A model generated the notes under the pieces. That model was not told the DNA's origin, made no database searches, and saw only the letters and a program-made list of their open reading frames with translations. Of a stretch of DNA of 64,000 bases, positions 11,340 to 24,893 are shown one piece after another. The stretch lies in contig CM052816.1 in NCBI GenBank assembly GCA_028534125.1, positions 40,054,001-40,118,000 on the forward strand, given 5' to 3'. The position numbers and the translations under genes were made by a program. Position 1 is the stretch's first letter. Each line of letters opens with the position of its first letter. This DNA is from Lama glama. Taxonomy: Eukaryota.

Positions 11340-11560
11340 CTTTATAAATTCCTTTCACATACAGAGTCTCAATCCTCATGAAGTCAAAGCATATTAGATA
11401 CTATTTTTGCAATTTTAAAGATAGGCTAAGGCCACAGTAGCTTGGGAAGAGAATATTGTCGAAGGACATACAGCCTAACAAGTGGTAGAATTACAGACAT
11501 GCCCAGATCACCTGATAATCTAAGGTCTCCTTACTTCAGAACAAAAGCTCTTTCCATTAT
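11340..11560 (-). mobile_element. MIR remnant
   Basis: Degenerate reverse MIR core (attttaaagataggctaaggccacag...aaggacatacagcctaacaagtggtagaa). Confidence 0.5.
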
Positions 11561-11960
11561 GTTTCTGTGTCTTCTGTGAAAATAAAATTACAATATTGGG
11601 ATGCAGGAGAACTGGCCAAACATCCTGTCTGTATTGTCTAAACACAGCAGGGAGGGAGGGACTAAAGGGGAACAGAACTTTGATGGGAGTTTTTTTTTTT
11701 TTTCTTGAAATAGCACAAAGATCTTTTCTTTAGATGAAAATATTTTTATTTCAAAAATGGTAAGTGTAAATGATTGTCCTGATAAAGCCATATTCACCTA
11801 ATCTTTATAATGCCTTCCATCATGCTCATACAACTGTTCTAACTTGTAGAAAAAGTTGCATCTATAATTTGTCACCTGTACTCTAAATCAATTATGTATT
11901 ATGCTACGTAAACAAAATGCAGCTTACTTTCACAAAGCTGACATTTTGGTTTTTTTTCAG

Positions 11961-12092
11961 AGATGGTGAACTGTGTTTGAGTCGATCACTTGTCAATAGT
12001 TCTGATAAAATCACTCGAAAGGCTGGCTCTTCAATCTTCCAGCATTCTGTAGAAGGTTGGAAAATCAATTCCTCTTTGGTCCTGGAGATAAG
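11961..12092 (+). CDS. ST8SIA4: ST8SIA4 coding exon 2 (stem, start of polybasic region; codons 38-82)
   Basis: Acceptor ttttttttcag|A and donor AG|gtgagt; 132 nt. Translates (G)[43 protein letters not shown](R), with N-glycosylation sequons at N50 and N74. Confidence 0.97.
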
Positions 12093-15000
12093 GTGAGTTT
12101 CCTTAATAAGGCATAGTAAATTTCACATCATGTTCCAGAACACGCTGGGCTTGGCAAACTTACATTGAATGCTTGATTTATAGTTTAAGTATGAATACTT
12201 TAATAAGAGTGAACCAGCTCTAATGTTGCTCACTGAAGGATGTGAAACCATAAAACTGAAATCATTATACAGTGAGAAATTTAAGGATGAATATGTGAGT
12301 TTTTAATATTACTGTCTTTATACTAATGGAATAGAATATTCAACAGAATCCTAATATTTAACATACTATTCTTTACTCTATTACTCAGGATGGACATATA
12401 TTTTGAGAATTATCTTTAACTTCTCTAAAATCTTCATACTGATCTTGTATTTTCTCACACTGGATAAAAATAGAGCCTATCCAACTCCTCTTTTACTAAC
12501 AATTAGAAATAAATTTGACTTTCTCTGTGAATGGGTATTTCTATGTGAGCTCCTGTAACAAAATTCTCAATAATTATATCCTAAGTAGGTAAAAATCAGC
12601 GAATAAGCTTTCTAGAGTATTGGTTTATTTTTTTTGTAGGATTCTGGCATTTAAAAGCTTAAACAGCTCTTAAAATCAAACTTATTGCCCACACATATCC
12701 ATTATATCTTGTTTTCTTTGATTATAATCCTCTAATAAGAAAGTTAGGGCCAGACCTTCCTAATTATGGAGGAAGCAGGCAGATCATTTTTTCTACAGTA
12801 ACATTGCTGCATTGTTTGGTATGTTTAATCAGAGAATTTTAGTAAATCAGAGCTCTTTTAAAAAGTTCAAGAGAACAACCATTCTTTACATAATACAATC
12901 ATTGCATTTTTCTAGTATTGGCAAAATGCTAGTTATTCAATGATTGGATAGTAACACAGATTTTGTAAGGGTAGGTTAGTGGTTAAGAGGGTAAGCTGCT
13001 GATCTTTGGATTTCTGCCTCCTCACTTCTTGAATCACATCTACGTCTAATATAGATTATAAGCAACTATAACTACTAGAAAGAGTCTGCTGCACTCATCT
13101 TTAGAGTTTGCATAGCAGTTTATAGAATGCATTGCAGCAAAGGCACTCACTGAAATATACTTCAAAGAATGTCTGGGAATTAAAAAGAGATGAGTGCCAG
13201 GGAAATGCAGGCATGGTTAGGCTATTTTGTTTTAAGCATTCAAAGTGACTGGAATGGCAACAGGAATCAAACCACAGCAGTGTCAACTGGTATATGTCTG
13301 TTGCTTTTAGTTCAGAGAGAACTCTGTGTATTTGTAGGCAGAGTACCAGAACAAGGAGATGACTAGAGTCTAATGTAGTGCAACTCTGATACAGTTTATA
13401 AATTGGTGTCTTCTGGGTAGAATATGGTCAGCAAGCAATATTTATTTCAACTGGATAAAAAAAAAACTTAAAGCAGTATTAAAAATTAGGAGATGACTTT
13501 TAAAAGTACAGATGTTCATATACTCTTCAGAAATTGAAAAATGTGACAATTCTGGACCTTTATTTCTCCTGAGAACCTGTTGGCTGAAGCCAACACTAAT
13601 CATAAACTCTAGTTTGACAGTTTTACACCTGGGGCTCCCTTTTCTCACGATACCTACGTAGTATCTTCCCCACTATCTCATACTCCTTTACCCACATTTG
13701 AATTTAGAAATTGTAAGAAATGAGATAATTATGAGGACAAAGCTACAGAAGGTGAGACTAGATGGAGTCATAAATACAGTGGTTGAGTTTAAACAGAGTA
13801 AGGACTTATATTTCTTGGAATTAGATTGAAAAGAAAGAAATATACATGATTTAAAAAGAAAATATTAGATCTATAAGAATGCCTAAAAAGAACCTCCAAG
13901 TTTGAATGATTTGGCAGGGTGTCAATTAGGTAAGGCTCTACAAGTCAGATAAAGGAAGCTAACGGAAGAAGGTAAAGTAAAATAAGAAATTGTAATTGTT
14001 TAATTAATATTATCTAGCTGTGCTAAATAATATATCAGATAAAAGAAAGTCTAATAAAAATTTAAAAAGTAAAAGATAATAGTTTAATTAATGTATCTGA
14101 GCGTGCCTTCAAGCTAAGGGTATTTAACATAAATCCCTTTTGACCCAAGCAATTCATTGTTGCAACTTTATAAATTAATGAGGGTTGTATTTATATCTTT
14201 GAGGGTAATTTATTTTCAGTTATAACAGCTAACAATATGAATGAGATGACAGTGCTCTTTCCATATGGTTCTCCTTCACAGATAAAGAAGTAAACAATAA
14301 AACAGTGAGCAAATACTGAACAACACATGCAAAGTTGCCACTTCCATATAAGGAAATAATAATTTGTGAAACCATTATTGTACAATGTACAAACAGTTCA
14401 TAAAAATTATAATTGCCTGTAACAGTCGTGACTAGTAAATACCAACCAATTTGACACCTGTAATACAAAATTTAGAACATAAAAATGTCTGATTGTTGGC
14501 TTAACTTTTTTTAAGTCATGCTAGAAACATAAGGTATTTTGGATTGTTATTTTCCTTTGCTTCTTCCCCACATCTATAACATTTATGAAGAACCATATTA
14601 CTTTGTGTCTGTGAGTGGATATGGGCATATTTTACAAATGTTTTAAAAATTCTGCTTCGAAGTTTTGGATTAAGACATTACAACTAGTCATTTTTGATCT
14701 TACATGATTGAACTATGCTTACAAATCTTTCTCATTTTTAAAAATCTCATTAAACTTATAATGCTCTTGTGCACATTCTTAATAAATTATCTATTTGCAT
14801 TAAAATGTGAAACAGTCCCTGAAGATAAATTGTTTTTCCCTACACTTGTAGACATGATTTTCTTTGTTATTACTAATTCTTTCAGCCCTATATGCACTCT
14901 GCTGCCTTCACAAGCACATCAAGAATTGATTCATATATATTCATTAAACAACTGTATCTCTGGGAGTTGTCGGAGAGATGGTTCCGTGTATTAGTTCATT

Positions 15001-15569
15001 GTACTCTGAAAATTCATCAAGATTTAGGGAAATTTATGCATTCCACAGCTAATGTCGCAATTAAACTAATTAATTTGGTTAAAGGCTTGGTTTTATTGGT
15101 AGTAGTTTGTTCTTTATTATTGTAAGCGGAGACATGACACATTTATGATACATCGGATATTGTGAGTATCTGTGAACATTGTACTGAGAGATTATTTGGT
15201 TGTGTCCAACACTTGTGACTTGATTTTTTTTTTCCATCTTTGGGTTGTTTCTCTTTTTTCTCATTTTTCATGTGTTGAATAGAAGTCTAGAGATTTCAAT
15301 ACTAGATATGGATATACAGAAATGTATGAGCTCAGCTACTCATCAGGACAGATTAAGCACATTGTAATTAATTAGTCAGTAAAAATATTCTCAACTCAGT
15401 CATCATATATGAAAGTTCTTGAATGGACAGCATTTGCAGGCTGACTAAACATAATTGCAAATTTATATGTACTTTACCCGTCAAAAAGAATTTGCTGTGG
15501 TGTGCATTGATTTACTTTAGAAAAAGATCAGCGCACATTTCTTCCACTCACTTTGTTCAGTAAGTGACC

Positions 15570-15660
15570 AGTAGAGCACATCTTGGGCCACACAACTGGT
15601 TGGTCCCAGAGTCGGGCTGCAAAGCCAGGCCTGTCTGACTGCAGAACCAGAGCTCTTACA
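15570..15660 (-). mobile_element. MIR remnant
   Basis: ggccacacaactggttggtcccagagtcgggctgcaaagccaggcctgtctgactgcagaaccagagctctta resembles the reversed MIR 5' part. Confidence 0.55.
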
Positions 15661-18600
15661 TGAGACAATTTTTTTTGGAAAACTACAATACTAATAATAC
15701 ATACTATTAAAATGTATCTTTGTGAAGTACACAGTGGTTGTGTTTTTTGCTCTAAAATGATCACGTATAAGATAGTACTCACTTAGTATTACCAAATGCT
15801 GGGGGGTGGGCCAAATACCAAATGGCCACCTGAGATGTAAATTAAATCAGAAAAGTGCTTTACTTCAAGCTTTTTGAGGCAATTTTGCCTTTTCATTTGA
15901 TTGTGTTCAGGATTTTTTTCTTTTGATACTAGCAAGAATATCTTTCCTATAATAGCTAGGATCCTAACTAATCTCAGAAGCCCTAACAAGCTACAGGTTA
16001 TTTTTTTTCAGAGTTTTGAGGCACGTTGCGTTGCAGAAATACTCTTTTGAGACAAAAATTATGTTCTCTCTGCTTTTTTGCAGTCATAATGAAACTCTTG
16101 GCATTTCTTAATTTTTTTTTTAATTTTAGTAAACTGTATCAGTAACAGTTGAGTTGATTCAGGGATTTTTGTCTGGAGTCAAAAGTTTGCAAAAACAGAT
16201 TCCTAGTATGTGTATCATTACCTAATTTGTTTCTCAACTTGTGATGCAGTCCAGCTGTAAGATTTGCCTCACAATACTTATTGACGGAGTCAACAGTGTC
16301 ATTTAGATTAAATTTTAGTTGTCGTAGCACGTGTGCCTGTTGTTGACGAAAAACCTACAGAGAAGAAAGAGTGGCACCTGGTGATAGGTTAGCTATATTT
16401 AACATTTCACAAGTGAAAACAATGTTTAGCAAATTAATTCCTCGGGACTCTGCAGCTGCTATTTCAAGCGATGGGTGATGTTTAAAGGGAAGTTCTGCTT
16501 GAAAATTCAGTTGAAAAGTTTCTGTATAGAATCTATTCCTGTCAGTTTAACAGTCTACACCACCCTTTCAGTTTGAGCCAACATTGCCTAACAAAAATAA
16601 TCTTTATGATTAAGTTTTTCAGTCTTACCAAAAGTGCAGCATATATTCAGTTATCTTTACCCTAAAAGAGTTGCTGAACTCAGGTGTTTCCGTTTCTAAT
16701 AGGGCTTCAAAGGTTACATGATGCTTACAGAGTGACAGGTACAGGCCTGTAAAGAACTTTTCTGTTGTTGCTCTTTTGAGTCACATGCAGAAAATGCAAT
16801 CCCGTGCTTTAACTATCTGGTAATAACTTGACCACATATTAGGAAAACTTAGCTGGTACAGCCTACATATTAAACGTTAGCTTTTGTTGATTCATGTTTC
16901 TGTAGAGCCCAGAAGTTGGAGTTTTCTCTCTCTCGCATTCTGGAGTAGTTTTAACCTGCTGTTTTCATTGCTGTCAATTTCCTTTTGAGCAAAGCATATG
17001 TGTTCTTGGTGATACTTTAAAGTGTTACTTCAGTACAGCATAAATACAATAGGTTTTCATTCTCCCAATGACATTTAGTTAATTATATTTAAGCATTAAT
17101 TTTCTTCTTTCTTTCTTTTTTAAAAATACATTTACAGTCTGAACAACGAGTAGACTTAGCAAATCCATAGCACTTTAGTAGTCCATTCCATCTATAATCT
17201 AAAAGATGCCTACAGCCTGCAAGGGAGAGAAAAACGTTACTTTACTGTTTCCAAAAAAAATATTAAACATTGAAGTGACAATATTATTCATTCAAAATAA
17301 TTATTTTCAGTCTTTTTTGCTTCTTACGCCAGGAATCTTAGCTCAGATAAAGCCCTAAAATAGAAACTAAAAGTTTGGTTCAGTGTAAGAAAAAGAGTCA
17401 ACTAGAGACATTCAAGGTTTCCTTTCCCCTCTTTCTTTCAGTTAAAAGAAAGCAAATTCTACACTAACAATTTTTCTGAGTTTTACCTTCTTATATTTTG
17501 ATTAGTCTATATGAATTAGTGTTTTGTATTCTCAGGAAGTGTTTATACTATTTTTACTGCTTCCATTTAAAAAATAAACTACTGTTGAGCCTGTAGGACA
17601 GCATTGGAATAATACATACAATAATATCTGTACTTGATACTTATTTATCTGATTGAACATTATTTTCTTCATGAGCTCACTTTTTATATCAACTTTCCCT
17701 GAGAATGAATAAATTAAAGGTGTTCTATTATAGTCAGGGATTTAGAGGACTTAACGTTTGAAAATATTTTTGCTGCTAGCTTTCTATAATACAGCAAAGG
17801 TGCTATTATTGGAAAGTCCCTCTTGCTCTCAGTTGACAAGCTTTTAAGTGTTAACTTTTTCTTTTTTTAATGAGTAACTGGATTTTCCCTTTTGGATTTC
17901 TAAGCTAAAGAGTCTTCTTTCAAATCTGGACCTCTCTTCTCTTCACGCTTGCAAACATGTCACTACTTGTGAGTTACATGCAACCCTTTAAATTATGTTC
18001 GAAGGAAAATAACACCATCTAGCTTGGTTAATTTGACCACATCCGTGCAGTCTTTATTTTAGATTCAGGCTTGTCATTTTCACAGGAAATGAAAAAAAAT
18101 GTTGAAATACAGTGTCAGTCATTACTAAATTTTTTCACCAAATAAATAGTACTTAATAAATACGTACAAAAGTTGATTGCTGCTCTTGATGCTAGTGGTT
18201 AACTTTTATGAAGAATCATAAGTGCTTAACATAATAAAAGACCTCTTAATTTTCTGCAATCCGTGTATTCTTTGGTTGCTGATTTCACCAGCAATTCTCT
18301 TCTTATATAATCTGCACTTCGTTAAGATGACTGTTACAGGGTCTGACAATTTCTATTAATTTTAAGACTTTATTTGTAAGGCATGTATATAGATTTTTCC
18401 CATACAAATTCCACTCCTTGTGAACCTCATATTCCAAATATTTGAGAAAATTTTTTCAAAAAATATTCTCCTTTTCAGTGAGCTGATGGACATATTTCTT
18501 ATATATAATATCCGGCCAAATAATGTTTTTAATCACCTGGTTTTCTAATTAGACCACAAGTTAAACTGGGACCTATTTAAAGCAAACCAAAATAAAGAAA

Positions 18601-20566
18601 ACAAAAGGAAAGATATGAGTTAGTGATTTTACATCGCTTCTTGCTAGTCATCCTTCTGGCTTATAAGTATGATTTGGGGAATTGCCCTTTTGATGGAGTA
18701 ATAGGAAGAGATCATATTTTCTGCTCAGTGACAAAGTTTACAAAAGTGATGAAACTTTAACAATAATAGCATTAGAGGAAAAATATGTCTGTCATGTTGA
18801 ATGTTATAATAATGACATTGTTTTTAGCACTCTGAAAATACAAGCTTGCAGCAAGAGCACTTCAGTAAATAATAACCAACTTCCAACCCAGAGAGTGCTT
18901 TCTCAGACTGCTTCTAGCTGGTGTATGTTTGGTAGCTTGAGGATCAAGCAGTCCCAGACTTTTGCAGACCAGGGTCACAGTTTTCTTTGTCAATAGGATT
19001 CCCAAAATTCCCTCAAAACTTTTCTAGACTCCTGGGCTATTTCCATGTCATTAGTTCCTGGTATAAGTAACTCCAAAGATTCCTTCTGAACACAGTTCTT
19101 TAGCCTTCTAATTCTCCTCTAATTATTCAGTCCTCTCCCTCCTTTTCCTCAGTGTACTGGCAGCGACTTTTAAGTCCTTTAAATCTGTAGACTCAGGGGA
19201 GAAGGCAGTATCCCTCTTGCTGCTGGGATGGCTCTGATTTGTAGTCTATCTCTTGCTAATTGGGTTATTGGAAACATTTAGGAGGTCCTAGTTACTGGAT
19301 TATCGCACAGTTTAGATTATTGACTGTTGCAGACAGTCTCCTCCATCTGAGCTTCCAACTCAGCTTTTTCATGCCTGGCTTCGCCTCTTTTAGTGCCTTG
19401 CCAAAAGGGGCAACCAACATAAAACAACACTCAAGCGCCTTTTAGCCAGTTCTCCAAGAGCAACAGGCTTATTAGATACAGGACGTGACTCCCAAATTAC
19501 TGTGGACAACGTTTATATCAGATGCTATCCAATATCATGCTAGGGATCACCAGCTTTCCAGCCAGCTCTATTTTATCATTTTTCATCTAACTTAGCATGT
19601 GCATATATGTTTATGTAGCCTTTCACATCTATTGTCAGTTTCCTTATTAGGTATGAGATGAGCTAGACTTCCATAAAAAAGGAGACTTTGAAATACAGTG
19701 GGTCAGACAGGCTGGAAGTTTCTTTCTTTCTCATATAGGGATGCACGTGACCCACTCACATCCTGTTTAAGAAAACTAACTCGCGTAAACAAACCCAGCT
19801 GCACCTGGATTTGGAAACTTGGAAATGTTCTAGCTGAGCATCTCTGTGCCCAAATAAAACAGAGAGGATTCAAATATGGAAAGAAAAGGGAAGAAAGAAC
19901 GATCAGCTATCTCTGCCACACATGGTCCAGTGTTCTATCTGTCTGTCTTTTCCTCTAATATACCATCTTACTTTCTGGATTCTTGAGCTTGGAAGAAAAG
20001 CTTTCATATACCATACAGTGATATACTTTTAACTTTTCTTCAAATAATTGTAATATACCCATGATTTGGATAAATGTTAGTAAGCTTATTGGGAAAGTCA
20101 ATTCTTTTAATAGAGTTAACTAAGGTATAATTCCAAACAGTTTTGAGTTTTTTGTATTCAACTTAATTGGACAACATGAAACAAAAATAGATAACTATAG
20201 ATAATGAATTAACACTAGCAGAATACTATCTAGTTAAGCAAAGTCAAGGCATGACACTTATATTTTACCTAATAAACTAATTTTTCCTTATATTTTGATA
20301 AATGAGGGGGATTTTTTCACTCCACAAATAGATGTGTATACTACATATCTGTTTACAAAATCATTGAAAAACTATGTACCAATGATTTTTTAAAATATTT
20401 TACTTCTTACAGAATCTGCTTAATTGGTTGGTTTAATTACCACCTGAAAATTAAAGAGTAGTGATTTACCAATTTACATTTTATCCTAGGTTACTTTGTA
20501 AATGGTAATACCAGTCCTTGAATATGTTGTCATTAACGAAAAACTTTGTCTGTATTTCAAATATAG

Positions 20567-20824
20567 GAAGAACATTCTTCGTTTCCTAGATGCAGAACGA
20601 GATGTCTCAGTGGTCAAGAGCAGTTTTAAGCCTGGCGATGTCATACACTATGTGCTGGACAGGCGCCGGACGCTGAATATTTCTCGGGATCTGCATAGCC
20701 TCCTACCTGAAGTTTCACCAATGAAAAATCGCAGATTTAAGACCTGTGCAGTTGTTGGAAATTCTGGCATTCTGCTAGATAGTGAATGTGGCAAAGAGAT
20801 CGACAGTCACAATTTTGTAATAAG
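20567..20824 (+). CDS. ST8SIA4: ST8SIA4 coding exon 3 (polybasic region, first part of sialylmotif L; codons 82-168)
   Basis: Acceptor atatag|G and donor AG|gtgagc; 258 nt. Reads [23 protein letters not shown]...[30 protein letters not shown], the GT29 sialylmotif L. Lies inside ORF 20502..20828. Confidence 0.98.
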
Positions 20825-22459
20825 GTGAGCTTTCTTCTGTTCCTAAAGATTGGAATTTCTTCAAAGATGTTTTAGGAGTAGAAAACCGGCAGAAATGTTT
20901 AAATCTAATATGAGTAATCAGTTTATGAAAGCTCAGACAAATACTTATCTATAATATCTTTATCTGTAAAGTATCCAAATTTACATTTACCCTGGGATGT
21001 AAAATTAAAATTATTGTATCATTGAAGGAAAAGTTGATCTTATAGCAATAAGATTCATACCAGGTTTTTTTTCCTTTTTTGGCCACTTGACAGTTTTATT
21101 AAATTCAATACTCACACAGAAAAGCTATTTCATTCACTAACAACAATTAATTATTTCTATTAGTGAATGAATTAATTCACTTAATTATATTCATAATCTT
21201 CTTTATATTCGTTGATTATATTAGTTTACTCATAAAATTATGAGCATTACTATGCAGTGATGTAACAGATACGAATTAATTTTACTTTTTTTAATGACAA
21301 TTATTTAGCAGATCCTAAGAACGTAATTTAAGTTTATATTTGATATCTTGGGCCAAATTGTCTTAATTAGTCTTCATACATGGTATTTATGTATGTTAGT
21401 ATATTTTAGTTTTTGAGTTTTCTCACATAATTAGATAATTCTGTTTGTTTTTCATTGATGGTCAGCATGTATCTGGTGAGCCATGTGTGTGATTCACTTT
21501 TGATTAACTGAAACACAACAGTAGACATAGGATTGTGATGACAACACAAGATATTACTTAGCACAATTAATTCTCAATTCATATACCTGAATAGAATTTT
21601 TGGCTTGTTTTAATTCTTTAGAAAAATTTGCTGAATAAATGAAACATGTATGATGAAATATGAAATACTGCAATATAAAGATAGGTAGGAAAGTATACTG
21701 ATTTGCCATGTTGACAAATAACGTGAAGTCTTGAAGCTATGCTGGAATCCAGCCTATATAGACCTTGAAAAATCTTTTTGAAATATAGCCTTAAAATAAG
21801 TATAATTATATAAGTATTAATCATAGTCAATAATCTTTTATAAATTGATAATAGCCGTGCAAAACCATAATAGAGAACACCCTCAGGGACTATGATTTAT
21901 AACAATGAGTATAATTCATGAACATTTTACCTAACTAGTGTAAGTTTTCTCCATTGGAGGCAGGGTTAGAGATTGATTTGACATCAGCTGAGTCTTCAAA
22001 ATGTAAACTTTTAAATCGATTGAACTGAGAGAAAGACCCTGTCAACATGTAGATATACAAAGAAAATTACATCCAAAGAGGAGGCAAAAACATTTGATGA
22101 GGGAATGACAGTGGAAGTGAAAGTAATGAGCTTCAAACATTGAAGTCTGTGTGAAGTGTGGTTGTGAGGAAAAAGTGAGGCTTCTAGAATTTCTGAAGAG
22201 ACTAAAATCAGAGGGCAAGTAAGATAAAGCAGAAAATATCTTAGAGCATAGTAGAAATTGTTATAATGTAAAGAAGAGAATTTTTGAAGTCAGTTGATCC
22301 TGGAGGAATCTGGGATCCAAATCTGACTGACTCCTTGTTCCTACATCCTTCTAAGCTTTGGGGATCTACGTAACCCATCAGATCCAGACCCACCTCTAAC
22401 TCTGAAATGAAGATTGTAATGTTAGCTCACACCTCAGTCAGTTCACATAATTATCTCTT

Positions 22460-22590
22460 CTTTTTCTGTGGTGACAGTAATTAAGATCTAGTATTTTAGC
22501 AAGTTTGAGGATAATACAGGATGTCTGTAATCACTGTGCTGTGCATTAGCACTCCAGAACTTATTTATCTACTTATTGCAAGTCACTCAC
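22460..22590 (-). mobile_element. Short L1MA-like 3' UTR fragment
   Basis: Similar to 25050-25170 (taagatcta...tagcaa...tgctgtgcattag..ctccagaacttattt). Confidence 0.55.
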
Positions 22591-22970
22591 TGGTGATCAT
22601 TTGTAAGGCGAGTGTTTTTAGGAATAGAACTTCAAGAGTTCTTTATATTTTTCTAAGCTATGATTATTTTTAAAACATATTTAACAAGAACACAATAGTG
22701 ATCAATCCTGTGAATCAGTAGTTGTTTTATGGTCTTATCAAGAAGTATAGAAAAATTAGGATAAGCATCTTATGAAGACATGAAAATCATCGTCATAATT
22801 ATTTTTGTTTTCTGCCTAGTTTTACTGGTTTCCAAAAATAGAAGTTGGAATGTTCTGGATTAAAGTATGTAATAGGGAAGTATAGTCCAAATTGGGTTTC
22901 TGATTTTCCAAGAAAAATTTGGGCAAGGATCCACCTATTATTAGAAGCTAATACTCCCTGCAGAAAATCA

Positions 22971-23158
22971 TTTTTTCTTTTTCTTTTTCTTTTTTTTTCT
23001 TTTTCTTTTTCTTTTTCTTTTTCTTTTTCTTTTTCTTTTTCTTTTCTTTTCTTTTCTTTTCTCCTTCCTTCCTTTCTTTCTTTCTTTCTCTTTCTTTCTC
23101 TTTCTCTCTTTCTTTCTCTCTTTCTTTCTTTCTTTCTCTCTCTCTTTCTTTGTTTCTT

Positions 23159-23219
<61 letters not shown>

Positions 23220-23311
23220 CTCTTTCTCTCTTTCTCTCTTTCTCCCTTTCTCCCTTTCTCCCTTTCTCCCTTTCTCTCTCTCTCTTTCTTTGTTTTTTGT
23301 TTGTTTGTTTT
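22971..23311. repeat. Compound polypyrimidine microsatellite (TTTTTC)n/(TTTC)n/(TC)n/(TTTCTCCC)n/(TTTG)n
   Basis: About 340 bp, nearly all T/C on the + strand. Confidence 0.97.
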
Positions 23312-24189
23312 GTAATAATATCTAGTTGGGGCATTCATTCCTTTGAGTCTTATGGATGCAAGGAACTTCAGTGACATATTATACCAGACCTCCGTCCTTT
23401 CTACAACTCATCTTTCTCATGGCATCTGGCTCATCATGTGTGCACCAAGTATCTTTTCCTTCCCCAAGTATATGTGGCCTTTTGTTGGACGTGTGTCTCT
23501 TCTACTCTAGAACTCAAAGCCCCACTCCTTCAAAGCTTCCTTTCCATATCAAACTGGTTAAAATTGTTATAAATTTTAGTAACGATCTTTAAAGTCTTTC
23601 ATACTTCTCTCCTTTGCAGAGCTCTGTTGTGTGTATGTGTGTCTGTATAGCAACAGCTCGTTTGAGTTGGTCGTTTGCACGTGTAGCCTGTTGTTCCCGG
23701 TTTGTTTGCCTGTTTTCCCGTTTTCCTGTTAGATTAGTAAGTTTGTTGTGAGAGGATCTGTGCCTGATCTACTTGCAGAGGGCGCTGTTAGTTTAGTGAC
23801 CTCCCAAGGATCAGATTCACCCAGGGATTGTGTTCAGGTTGGCCTCTAACTTTATAAAGCAAAGCATTATTTTTAGGTACAAGCTTCATTTAGCATTAGA
23901 GTTTAAATTTCACTGTAATTTTTTCTGAAAGTGCTTTAAAGAAATAAAATGCTGTCTTCTTGGTTTAATGACATACAGAATGCATTATTACATGCAAACA
24001 GGAATCTCTTCCTCCAAACAGTTGTCCTGTTGAGGAGCAGGGCAACCCACAGATTCATGGCATTATTATCCCGTGAAATGTAGTTTTGGAGAATGTTATT
24101 TTTAATATCCCGCAATATTTTTAAATAAGCCTGTGAAAAGCACCCATGTTTTATGTTGCACATATAATGGTAGCTATACACAAATACAG

Positions 24190-24222
24190 GTGCGCGCGCA
24201 CACACACACACACACACACACA
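24190..24222. repeat. (GC)n(CA)n microsatellite
   Basis: gtgcgcgcgcacacaca... read directly. Confidence 0.95.
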
Positions 24223-24893
24223 TTGTCATGTGTTACCTCTCCTAGAAGAGATACTCCCTCAGTGGCTGTTTATGTCATAAAGAAATCAACTAAATGCTGG
24301 GTTCCGTGGGCTCTTACACAAAATAGGAGCCCTGATCAATATCATTACGTGATGCTTAAAGGATAAAAAATGAGGGTAATAAAATCAAGTAAAGCCCAAC
24401 TTTGATTCTGTAATTACTGACTGAATACTGAATTAATTTGTAAAATATAGGTCTCATATGTATGTAAATAACAGAAAATGAACAAAGGGAAATAATTTTA
24501 TTTCTTAAAAATGCCTAAAACTCCCAACTCAAATAATAATGTTATTTCCATTTCATCAGTATTTTTTCTATGTGCAACCCTCAAGACACCCAATCTGTAG
24601 TTCCTCAAGTAGGGAGCGCCACGTTGCAAGGAAGGAGGCCAAGGTAGAGAAACACGGGCAGTCGGTCACTCACCGAGATTGAAAAGATCTTCTCTAGACC
24701 TACAATTCTCTCTGAAAGGGAAAATTCATACAGGATGATAAAGTTCTTGTGAGTCCTTTATCTTGTATTAAAGATCGTGTCATATGGCTCCAGATATGCA
24801 AAAATTTAATTTAGCCTAGCATTGATGTGTCAGTTATAAACCTTCTCTCATCTTCTTGAGAAGAAAAGAAAATGGGGGCCTAAAAGGAAATTC

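Noticed and set aside
16130..17100. Repeat-free intron 2 block with NF-kB/IRF-like words (gggaagttct, gaaaagtttc)
   Set aside because: The motifs are imperfect and conservation cannot be assessed without alignments.
20502..20566. N-terminal extension of ORF 20502..20828 (MVIPVLEY...)
   Set aside because: Intronic sequence upstream of the exon 3 acceptor that happens to be open; ST8SIA4 similarity starts at 20567.
22799..23377. Long ORFs rich in K/E/R (minus strand) or F/L/S (plus strand), up to 192 aa
   Set aside because: They are translations of the polypyrimidine microsatellite, which lacks stop codons.
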